From contig CAJNYD010000005.1 in the NCBI GenBank assembly GCA_905331295.1, positions 186,001-250,000 on the forward strand: 64,000 nucleotides of DNA, in the 5' to 3' direction. The notes under the pieces are model-generated. The model ran no database searches. It was not told the DNA's origin and was given only the letters and a program-made list of their open reading frames with translations. This DNA is from Rotaria socialis. Its lineage: Eukaryota. A program made the translations under genes and the position numbers. Positions 34,901-46,093 of the stretch are shown one piece after another (the stretch's first letter is position 1; the number at the start of each line of letters is the position of its first letter).

Positions 34901-37264
34901 TTATCGAATGTGTCGTCCCGGCGCTTCACCTTCAAGTGAAAGTGTTTGTTTTGAAATACTTGGTTTTGACATATTAGTTGATCGCAACTTAAAACCATGG
35001 GTACTTGAAGTATGTACTGCACAAATTTTCATTTACTAATTCAAGAATTAAAAAAACATAGGTAAATCGTTGTCCAAGTTTTGGTACAAATGAACAAATC
35101 GATTTTGATATAAAAATGAAACTGTTACTTGATACATTTGAATTACTTCGTTTTCGAACATCAGACAGAAAAAAGAGTCTCGCCATTGAAAAAGCTGAAG
35201 CACAACGTCGTTTATATTCAAATATTGGTAAAACTAGTCGTTTATTAGATGATGCATCACTAATTCTTTCCAATGGAACCTATCGGGATTTTCGAACTCG
35301 ACAAAAAAAACTTGCTGATGTGGTATGTTTAAAAACGAAAAAGGATATTCTTGAAATCTTTAGAAAATTATTATTTTCGACAGAAGGAAAAATTATATCT
35401 TCTTCAACGTGAAACAGCTCGTGAAACATTTGAAAACCGTCATTTAGGAAGTTTTATACGTTTATTTCCTGTTGAAGATAGTATTCGAATGAGTGAATTA
35501 ATGATTGTATTAACAAAGTGTTTCGATGTGTTATATGCAAATAGAAAGGATTTATCATGGAGTACGAAATATTATAATCGATTTAAAGAAGAAGAATTAT
35601 TAGAACAATTGACAGAACTTGAAGATCTTGATCAAAGTGATCAAAAACGAAACCCTCGTTTAGCATTTGTAAGTTGTTTTCATTTTGATTGGAAGAAAAA
35701 AGACATTTTTTGTTTTCATGATGAAACTAAAAGATCGATGAGAAAAAAATTAAAAAATAAATAAATTGTACTCATCGTCCTTTCAGAGTGCACCAAGTAG
35801 CAAAAGTTCTTTTTCATCATGGTCAGCTATAAGCTTTACCGAAGTAAGTTTCTATTTATTGTTGCACTAGTTGTTGTCGCAATTTTATCATTCTGTCACT
35901 TTTTGTTTTTGCTTACCATTTGTATATCAATAATCATCATTAGCTCACTATATCATTGATTTTCCTTTTCCATCATATTGTTTTGTATCATAAATGTATT
36001 TCGATAATCTGCACAAACTGTTTATATCTTTTCATATCAATTTTGTCTTCTTAATATAGGTATCAAATAATAGTCTTCCAATAGATCGTGCATCTCCGTC
36101 AGCCAGTTTTGTATCCGAATTGACTGACGATGACGATGAACATAATCATCAAGATCGATCAAGTTCACCTCAACCATCTGATTTCGTTAATAAAACCACA
36201 TCATCAACAAATACTATTACAACCAATGGTTCCTTATTGAGACGATATACACCACAATCACGAACAAATGTTCTTCGTACAACACCAATATCGCCATTAA
36301 TTCTTCGAAAACAACGACAATCTTCAATTATTCCTACAAATATTCTTCAACGACCAAACTTACAATCACAAGCAAGTCCATCGGATATAAAAACAAATCG
36401 AGCCATTGAAAAGAAAAGTTATTCAACATCATCAAGTCAAAATGCCGATCGTCCAACTCAACAGTCTCGATTAACAACTCGAGTAATAAATAGTCAAACT
36501 CAAATGGTTACATTCACCACAATAACGCAAACTGGTAGAAAACAACAAAGTAGTATGACACCATCGATTGGTCGATCAACATCATTCAATACTCCTAAAG
36601 TTAGAACAAATTTTCTTGCGTAAAAAAAAATGAAAAATTGATGTCTATTTTAGGAATTACAAATCAATGATGATCAATTAAATCATCTTTATCAATCAAC
36701 ACTTGAACAAATGCATCAATTGTGTATTCGGTATCCCAATAAATCTGATGATGAAACACGACGAATTTGTAATGAAATTGTTGAAAACTGGAATAAATAT
36801 CGTTCGTTAATAGGAGAATTTTGGTTATCTAAATTAGATACAAAAAAAAGACAAGCAATTATAAGAATTGTTTGGAATAATGTTCAACAAATAATGAAGC
36901 AACTATGGACGGTGGATCACTATATTGAACAATTATCATTAAGTAAACATTTAGCTAAATTAGAACAACGCTTATTAGCCAACAGTGGTCAATACTTATG
37001 GGATATTTGTCAAAATAGATATAAGTATGTAATAAAAAGATAAATAAATAAGCAAATTTAAGCTCTCGTTATTTAAGTTCGTGGGGATCATCATTAGTAA
37101 CAAGTACAAATCGTGTATCTCCAATCGAATTAGCGTGTTGTAATCGTTTTATTGAATTGTGTAAACAAGCTTTGTTTATTGTTTATCGTTATTCAGTTGA
37201 TGAAAAGATCAAAAAACAACAAGAGCATCAATCACAAGGATCAACGATAATGGCTATTTCATAG
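31978..37264 (+). CDS. TTLL7: Tubulin polyglutamylase TTLL7-like, multi-exon, with long N-terminal extension
   Basis: KKKRGLSANVSGTKFAV|VRQAADVYGF...SNLLWHD...YQKVNHFPTMSEISRKDSLARN; YNFTPKTWILP; YILKPNNGAMGHG; IQEYIREPYLIDGFKF; MHLTNYSVNK; CRPGASPSSESVCFEILGFDILVDRNLKPWVLEVNRCPSFGTNEQID. Stop TAG 37262-37264. Confidence 0.9.
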
Positions 37265-37658
37265 ATATGTGAAATTATTTTTCTAGATATTGTCAGTTCT
37301 ATTTTTCCGGTGGTCGATTTTTCTTAAAAATTTTTTTATAATTTAAACATTGCATGCAAATCATTTTCATTTATTTCAAAAATTTTAACGAAGAAAATTT
37401 TTTTGATCGTATAGAATTGAATGAAAGCCTTTAAAATTCATAGAAAGACTAGGACTCAAACTTTATTGAGCTTGGCTGAATACATAAACATGTTAAATGC
37501 ATAAAATTTATTTGAAGTGATAGCAAAGAATCTTTAGTAATACAACAATTTCGCAAATATTACTCGTTGAAAACAGAATTAGTCTTAAGTCAACAGACGG
37601 ACTTCATATGCCAAAATACTTAAAATAAGATTTTTTAATCATAGGATTTCTTTTCTGA

Positions 37659-37960
37659 ATAAAAAATTATAGATCTAATAAATCGAAGATTCATTGTGAC
37701 TGTCTCTCGTAGTGGTTGATCTAGTTTTTATATAATAATTAATTCATTGTCTAGAGCTTTCGACTCAATTCTAGGAGTCATTTTCAATATAAAAAGATAT
37801 TTATGTTCTTAAGTTGATTTCATTGAATAAGTTGAAAATGACTCCTGGAATTGAGTCGAACGCTCTAGACAATGAATTAATTATTATATAAAAACTAGAT
37901 CAATCCCTACGAAAGACAGTCAAAATGAATCTTCGATTTGTTCGATTTATAATTTTTTAT
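37659..37960. repeat. Foldback / hairpin MITE with ~130-bp arms
   Basis: 37659-37787 (ataaaaaattata...ctagtttttatataataattaattcattgtctagagc...ggagtcattttcaa) is inverted at 37832-37960 with few mismatches. Confidence 0.85.
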
Positions 37961-39245
37961 ACCAAAGTACTTGTTGATATTGTCAAATTTTTGAATAATG
38001 ACATTGCCAATAAAAGAGATTATCTCAATCTTACTCGTCTATGGATATTTGGTTACTAGAAATCAATCAATCTTGTAATCATTTTTTCATGTTCGTCTTT
38101 CTATTATTATGTATGCGGATAAAAAAGATTACTCATAATATTTTCAATATCAAATTTTGTCGAGCTAAATTTTATAACTATTTAAAAGACGACATAGAAA
38201 AATTTTAAAAACTGAAGTTTATAAGCTTTTTAAATGAAATTAGAACACAAAAATCATATAGAAAAGAATGTATCTAAAGATTCTTACAAGATAACAATAA
38301 TAAAATGTGTATCAGCAAAACAGCCGGTAATAAACTCTTAAAAACAGTACAAATATATTTCAATAGTACAATCAAAGTCTATTTTTTATACAAACCAAAT
38401 ATATTAATTTAAGTTGAGTATGTCGAAAAATAATAGTTCTCACCTGACTAAACGTATTGAAAACAATAGAATAGGCACAATTCGTGATAACTATGAAACA
38501 GAATTCGTGTTTTTTTTTACTAATACGAAGTTAATTGAAATACTATGTTTGGACACAATTTAAATATCAACATCAATTTCACAGTAGCTCATGATTGGAT
38601 TGATTTGAAAAATAAAGGTTTGAATAGTAAAATACGAATAAGTAATCACACGAAAATACCGAATTTAATTCGCCAGCTTATCATAAAATAATCGCCATTA
38701 TAGAATTGACCAGTTGATTTTTAATAACATTACACTTTGCTCATAGTTTATCACTTGACATACAGTGTCCCATAAGTCAATGCTATTTTTTTCCATTGTA
38801 TGCCAAAGTTTTCTTCACTTGAAATATAATTTCATATTAAAAAAGTATAATTTCCGCTACGTTAACCTAATCAAACAACTAAAATTGATGATATAAACAT
38901 TTATCGATAACTCGTTTTTCGATATTATCCTAAAATATGTCGTACTCATTCAGTTATTGTAATTTATGATATAATCTTCATATAATATAGACTTATATAG
39001 TTTAATTGAAGTCATGAAGCGTATCGTACTTGAACTGTCCTTTGGTTTTTTCTCATCGCTCAAATCGAAAGTTAACGAAAAAAAAGGAACATATATTATA
39101 ATCGGTTACCGTTCAATTAATATTCACCTTGAATATCTGTCGACTGAGCGATGATAGAAACTTCATTTTTCGTAGGTTTTATTACATAAATATTCACGTA
39201 TTTCATTCATTTAATATATATTGACCAAATATACAAGCACGTACA

Positions 39246-39608
39246 ATGTTTGAACATCATCATCATCATGCTGATCAATATATTCTTTCAAGTTTATGTC
39301 CATTCTCTTGTTCGATTGTTACTACTGCACTTCGTATTGGTGGAATATTAGATCCTGAATTTTTACTTCAATGTCAAATAACGGATAAAAAACTACAAAA
39401 AAAAATCGATGGATTAAAACAAATTCCATTGAAATATGAACCATTATCATCCATATTTGATTATCAAGAAGAGCTTTTTCTCGATATGGATTTACCATAT
39501 AAAAGAAAATTTTATGATTCATGCGAATTTAAACAATATAATTCGTGGCTAAACGATCAAAATCATTGGAATATCATTCATACGTTTAATGATGATCTTA
39601 TTATTTAG
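39246..39608 (+). CDS. Hypothetical 120-aa single-exon ORF
   Basis: ATG-initiated ORF with protein-like composition; no recognisable domain. Confidence 0.4.
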   Translation: MFEHHHHHADQYILSSLCPFSCSIVTTALRIGGILDPEFLLQCQITDKKLQKKIDGLKQIPLKYEPLSSIFDYQEELFLDMDLPYKRKFYDSCEFKQYNSWLNDQNHWNIIHTFNDDLII

Positions 39609-39916
39609 AGAAAATTTTCTGCTAGAATATGACCATTCAATATTGATTCGAATAAATTGTATCGTGTGTCTTCTTTTTCTTTTATTTACCTTGAAATACA
39701 GAAAGTTTAATCTTAGAAAGACAGAATGTATAATTAACGACTACATGTTTTTGAATAGACGATATCTTAAAGTTTTCTTTTCATGCTTTTTTTTCATACA
39801 AAATAATGTGATACGGTTGAGTAAACATTACATTTTATTTAGTCTCTATCGATTCTTTTTTGCTTCAAATAACATCGTCACACATATCATCATTCAAACA
39901 AACCACAAAATACATC

Positions 39917-40879
39917 ATGTCGTTGAATGAGCTCGTGGATATGTATAATCGAAAGTTGAATTCTAGTGGTAGCAGATCAACAATGGCAACTGACCCATCG
40001 CATCATACACCTCAATCAACATTTACAATGAATACCGGATTTGAATCTGTAGCTGATACAGCAAATTCCATGAGTTATAATAACAATAATTATGCCTTTA
40101 CCGATAATGCAGCATCAGCATTATTATTTGAGGCTGATTCCTATCGTTTTCAATTAAATGATCGGGTACTTGCTGGTGACACAGTTCGACCACCTCCGCA
40201 TAATCAACCACGTGTTGAACGCATTAAATTTGCTGATAGAGTTGTCTTTTCAACTGATACAGAAGTTGAAGATGATGAACATAATGAAGAATATACAACA
40301 AGATATCCTGATGTTAAACCTCAATTGAACATAATAAATGCTCAACAAGCACACATACCACCTATTGATATGTATACAAATCCAGGAGACCAAGTTCAAC
40401 GTTTAATACAACAAGGAAAATTGAAAAATTTGCATGGGTAAAGAAAATCATCATTTTTGTTGTACAAACAAAAACAAACATTTTTCCTCTTTAGATATAT
40501 AAAATATCCATATAATTATATTGAGCCTCCATGGCATTTCTCTCCATTAGACGAGCAACAAGGCCATGTCAATCTAAATCCACCACGATCTCATTTAACA
40601 GCTCAAGATATTGAATCGAATACCATTGATGATTTCGATACAATTCAATTACCTTACGGTGTTCCTCAAGATATTGTTTCTCAAGATCGCTATGAATCGA
40701 TTCCATTACCTAAAATGGTTTATGAGAATTTTGTTCCATTAATTGCAACACGTAGAATCGTTTGTCGTCGGCAAACATCAGAACATGTTTCTGGCGAAGC
40801 ATCTTTTCAACAATATCCAAATCATTCTGGCATGGTTTCAAAATTATCTGAAGTTGAAGAAATGACATTTAAAGTTTAG
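39917..40879 (+). CDS. Hypothetical protein, 2 exons
   Basis: MSLNELVDMYNRKL...GKLKNLHG joined via a GT-AG intron (about 40438-40494) to YIKYPYNYIEPPWHF...EEMTFKV*. Confidence 0.7.
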
Positions 40880-40891
40880 ATCATTAACAAC

Positions 40892-41953
40892 TTATTTTAT
40901 TTGTCGAACTTTTCCTAAAAACCTATTTTCTTCTTTTGCGATACACTCAATAGGTAAAAGCAATTCATTTATCATATTTCTCAATGGTTTTGCACATTCC
41001 TCAGCTTGAATGGAAAATAATATTTGATTAAGTATAGTTAAGTAACAGAAAGTTTCTAATAAGTTCCATTCGTCATCTGTTAATAACATTTCTCTTTCAT
41101 TTTGATAAACAAATAAAAATTCTCTTGCATATTCAAAATTAAATATTGATCCAGTTCCACACCATAAACATAAAGTAATAGCTAAATCAATAAGCAATGG
41201 TCCAATATACATATCATCGAAATCGAGTACAGCAGCAATTTTATTTTCATCAAGAGAAAATAGAACATTATCATCATGAATATCAGCATGAATATAACCA
41301 ATAGGTAAATTGTTGACAAGATTCTTTTCAAAAATATCCTGCTCATCTGTATCACTAATTAAAGGAATCGATTTCGTATGTTGATCAGTTATTATACGTA
41401 TTCTTTTGTAAAGATCTGGATGTTCTTTTTGAAATTGTTCACAAGAATGAACAAGGTCATATTTAATATTTGTAAATTTAACTGAACATCGATTTGATGA
41501 AATCAATTTTAACTTTTTCGTCCTGATATTTGAATGCATTCGACCAAGAAATCGACTGATTTCTAATGTTTGCCATAATTGGCGAACCGGTGTTTCAGGT
41601 GTATCTAAATATTTGATGCCATGAATAAATGGAAAGAGAACACAATAATTTTCATTGTCAAATGTAAAAATTCCAGGTGGATCAATCATAGGTGCAACAG
41701 GCAGGTTAAGTTCGTTGTATATGTACGTAATAAAATCTAATTCGAATTTAATATTTTCAAAAGATATATTTCTTAATGTTCCTGGAAGGTATATACGAAG
41801 AATATAGGTTTTATCATCGGGTGTAGTAGTGAATTTCATTGTTATATTGGTCCATCCATTTGTTAATCGTTCGATAGGTGATGTAAGTTCACCTAAAGAA
41901 TATTTTGTTAAGATTTCAGCAATTTGATCAGCACTAACAATGCTATTATTCAT
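40892..41953 (-). CDS. Intronless APH-superfamily phosphotransferase, homoserine kinase type II-like (bacterial-type)
   Basis: LTNGWTN, YILRIY, FELDFITY, LGRMH, GYIHADIHDDNVLF (HxDxxxxN), VLDFDD, DLAI motifs. Confidence 0.88.
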   Translation of the reverse strand: MNNSIVSADQIAEILTKYSLGELTSPIERLTNGWTNITMKFTTTPDDKTYILRIYLPGTLRNISFENIKFELDFITYIYNELNLPVAPMIDPPGIFTFDNENYCVLFPFIHGIKYLDTPETPVRQLWQTLEISRFLGRMHSNIRTKKLKLISSNRCSVKFTNIKYDLVHSCEQFQKEHPDLYKRIRIITDQHTKSIPLISDTDEQDIFEKNLVNNLPIGYIHADIHDDNVLFSLDENKIAAVLDFDDMYIGPLLIDLAITLCLWCGTGSIFNFEYAREFLFVYQNEREMLLTDDEWNLLETFCYLTILNQILFSIQAEECAKPLRNMINELLLPIECIAKEENRFLGKVRQIK

Positions 41954-42471
41954 TGCTTCTCAAATATCTTGAGTCTTTTACGATAAAAATGTAGCGATAA
42001 AATATTATTTTTTTATCCAATATTTGCTAATATTATCAATACTATTTTTTTACTGTAGACACAAGCTTTATCTTCACGTTATGTTTTGCAGGTGTGAAAA
42101 TTACATCAATACGTGTAGTGGCTATATCAGAATTTAAAAACCACTCCGTTATCAGGCACAACTTTTTTCCTACTTCTGGACTGTAAAATATTGCATTTTT
42201 CACTTGATACTAACGGCATCTATCAAAGCAGATCGAGATACAATACAATACAATTATAAGTAAATATATTAATTTATCCGTGAATAACAAACTAAAAACT
42301 GACTTAAAGAAGAATTTTCGTATTTTTGAAACAGGATTAAATAATTATTTATTGGCTCGATGTTTAACTTTTTGTGCGTATTAAATGAGTCATTCTTCTT
42401 GTCTTTTTTAAAATCCTCTCTTTTCTCTCTCTTTCTATCAAGCACGCGCTTTTCAACAATCAATCGATTCA

Positions 42472-45319
42472 ATGACAAGCACAGATGATGCTTATCAATC
42501 TTCAATGGATGGCTCGATCTCAGACATATTTCGTAAACGTAGTTCAAGTAGAAATCGAAAAGCAACTTTAACAAGCACAGAAAATACTACGAAACGAACA
42601 CTTCTAACTAAACGTACAGACAAGCAGTGTAAAACGGTACAACAGCGCGTTGTTACACGTTCGTCACAAAAATCTTCTGCAATCTCTACGCTTGATGACA
42701 CTGATAATTCATTCATGTCAAATATTAATACTGGCTTCTCTCAATTCGTTAATCCGAAAAAACGACAACGTGATGATAAAAAAATGAAAACTATGAAAAG
42801 ATCCAAAAGTAATATATTCATTCTTCTGTCTATATGAATATTTTCTTTTTTCTTTTTTCTTTTTTTAGTTACTACATATGCTGATGAAAATCAATCGCCG
42901 AATGATGAAATTCACGATATAGAACAAGTAAAACTTATTTATGAAACTTCAGGTATAAATAAGTAAAAGTTGACATTGGTAATAAATTTCATTTGTTTTT
43001 AGATGGTCGTACGAATCTTGCTCGAGCTGCAGCAACAAATGCACAAATTGTAGCTAATAGAAATATATTAAACATCCGTCAACCAATAGTAACAAATACA
43101 ACTTATAATTTAAATGATCATAATCACATTATCGATGATACTCTAACAGATACTTTGATTATTCCAGATACAATCGTTGATAACGATACACAACATAATG
43201 ATAGTTCTTGGCAAAGAGAAATCGATCGACTGATGAGAAAACTCGAAGAACCATCATCTACTGCTAGATCACGAACACAAATAATAGAAACCCAAACAGA
43301 AGAAGAGATTCTTGAGCCAATTTATCTATCTCAAACAAGAAAAACTCAACTACGACCAATTCAAACAATAAAAAACATTACTCAATCAGAAATTAATCAA
43401 CAAAAACAAATTCAAACAACGACAATCACTGAAACAGGTGAAATTGGAATACAAACTGAAAATAATCTAAATTCATCATCTATTCACGAATGTTGTCAAG
43501 ATGTTTCTATGTGTCCTTGTGTACTTGTAAGTTAAATAAGAAATTACCGAATGATTTATTCTTTTTATTCTTTTAAGCGATACAGTAAATTAGAACGTCT
43601 ATTTATGGAAAAAATGTCTCGATTTATCAGCATTGTTCCAACTCTACCGAATTCAGATCAACAAGTTATAATACCAGAAACTCGTCCAAAGCGTCGAATC
43701 GTGCAAAGTTATTCTCGATTCCGAAGATTCCGTGCTCGTCGAAAAGCTCATGATCGTATGATTATACCATCTATATCTAATAGCGAATCAACAATTATCG
43801 AAGAAATTTCAGATGAAGTACGATATTCATATGACTTTATTAATTAAATAATTGAAACAAAACGATCTCAGACGCTACAGATTCGAAAACTAGTTTATGA
43901 TGATTGATCATAGGAGAAAGAATTCATTCAAATTAGTAGATCATTGTTGATAAAGAATTCGTTTTTAATAAAAACTATCGAAACAGTTGCTTTTTTTAAA
44001 ACTATTTCAGACAGAAAAGTATTCTAGAAAATATGGTTTTGTGAAGTGACTCTAAAACTCAATTGGAAATTAAGATTCAAAGCGTATGAAGGTACCAATT
44101 TTTCATATGATATTGTTTGTACTAGTTTATTCTTATAGAATGAAAATGGTTTTATACATTGTTTCGAAACTTTTTCACTTGAGAATTAATAAAAATAAAG
44201 TTCAAGAAGTTGAAAATGATCATATTGACCATTGTTACATCTAGTTTTTGTTCATTGTCTCCAGTGAACATCTAGAAGTTGCAGTCTGACCACTAAGTTA
44301 ATAAGATTACGAAGTCGATTGTTAATTATTATATTTGAACTTTCTTTTAGGTAACAACAGAATCAGATAATCAACCCAAAGACAACGTTAAAATTACACA
44401 AGAAATGAATCAATCTATTCCTTCCACTGCTACTGTTTATCCCAGAGAAAATATAGTTTCAACGACAATAACAATAGAAAAAAATCCTCAGTCGATTGAT
44501 GATTTATCTTCAATTGAAAAACTCGATGCAACTGAAATAGTTGATCATACATCAACTCTTTTAATCTCATCAACTGCTAATACATGTTCAACTGCTCGTC
44601 GCTTAGTTTTAACAACATCATCACTCGACGAAAATCAAAAAGTAAATTTTGAAATTTAAATATTTTTTCTTCTAGAGAAATTTTCCGATTGCTTTTCTTT
44701 TTAGTCTCGATTTCGTTTATTTATCACTCGTTTTTGTATACCAACAAGTTCAACAGTTGATTCAACAACAACTCATGTTATTGTTAATGACAATTCTTCT
44801 CTTATTTGTCCATTAACTGGAAAAATTATTCAAGGAATAGGTCGCCATTTATTTATTGTTTCACATCGTTGGTTAAATGAATGTTTATCACAAGAATCAA
44901 TTGTTGATGAACGTCCATATGAGATTCGTGGTGATACAAGTCTAGGATCTGATCATGGTGGAATGCGCCGATCACGTTTAACACCTTCCTATTTACTTGA
45001 TAAATATTCCATATGTTTACGATGTTCATCAAGTGATTGTGCACCATTGCAAACACTTGAACAAGTTCAAGAATTAGTTGAATTATGTGGAGCAAAATTA
45101 GTTCAAAATTTTAGTGAAATAAAAATAATCGACAAAGAAAGACAAATGGTTCTTGTTCTTGGTATTAATGGATTTTCTGGTGGAGAAAAAAAACGCAAAG
45201 CACTTTTAGATACATGTCAACAATTTAATGTTAGATGTGTGAACATTCATTGGTTACTCATTTCAATTGCTAAATTTGACATACAACCATTTGAAAATTA
45301 TGATATTAATCCACTTTAA
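42472..45319 (+). CDS. BRCA1-type tandem BRCT-domain protein with long disordered N-terminus, multi-exon
   Basis: C-terminal LVLTTSSL...TTHVIV...CPLTGKIIQGIGRHLFIVSHRWLNECL...VDERPYEIRGD...HGGMRRSRL...ELVELCGA...VNIHWLLISIAKFDIQPFENY resembles the BRCA1 BRCT pair and linker. No RING motif seen. Confidence 0.82.
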
Positions 45320-45597
45320 TTATTTCATCTTTTTTTCGTCGTTCTTATTCGTAAACGAGGTTCAATCTATTTAGATTAGTTATGATAAATTCAATTAGTT
45401 TTGTTTTTTTTGTGAAAAAGAAAAGAATTTATTTATTTTTTGACTCGGAGATACGAATTGATACAACATTGTGTTAAGATAATTTGCCAGATATTCATAT
45501 TTTGAAATAAAAGAAATTTACTAGGAAAATATTTTGTTTTATTTTTGAATGTTGCTTCTAGATTTCTTTCTTTTTATCTTTTAGACAAAATTTGAAC

Positions 45598-46041
45598 ATG
45601 GATGCCGCCATTGAGCAGTATGCTCCAACTGAAACTCACAATGATACCCCAACAGTATCTTTATCTTTACCATATAGTATTCATCCATCTTGTCTTCATA
45701 TGCAAGTACGATCCGGTTCAAAAGCAAAAAATTTAGTTCAATTTGCTATACGAAAATTAGCTCCATCTGATCAGAATTCAACGCATATAGAACAAATAAC
45801 GTGGAATGCATTTGGCGATGGTATATCAAAAGCAATAGCATGTGCTGAAATGATGAAACGACGTTCTACAGTAGATTTCTATGAATATGTTCAAATTGGT
45901 TATAAACGTATTGAGCAAATTTGGCAACCAGTTAATTTAGATGTTGAATTAGATACATTAAAAGTGAATAAAGATATTCCAGCTATTTGTATTCTTCTTT
46001 CAAAGATTCCTTTGCCGAATTTAACTGCAGGAGAGAATTAA
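45598..46041 (+). CDS. RPP25L: Alba-family RNase P/MRP subunit p25-like protein, single exon
   Basis: MQVRSGSKAKNLVQFA...AFGDGISKAIACAEMMKRR...IWQP...LDTLKVNKDIPAICILLSK. Confidence 0.88.
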   Translation: MDAAIEQYAPTETHNDTPTVSLSLPYSIHPSCLHMQVRSGSKAKNLVQFAIRKLAPSDQNSTHIEQITWNAFGDGISKAIACAEMMKRRSTVDFYEYVQIGYKRIEQIWQPVNLDVELDTLKVNKDIPAICILLSKIPLPNLTAGEN

Positions 46042-46093
46042 TTGTTTTAGATAAACGAATAAAAAAAAGATTGAATATTGCTTTTCTTTAATT

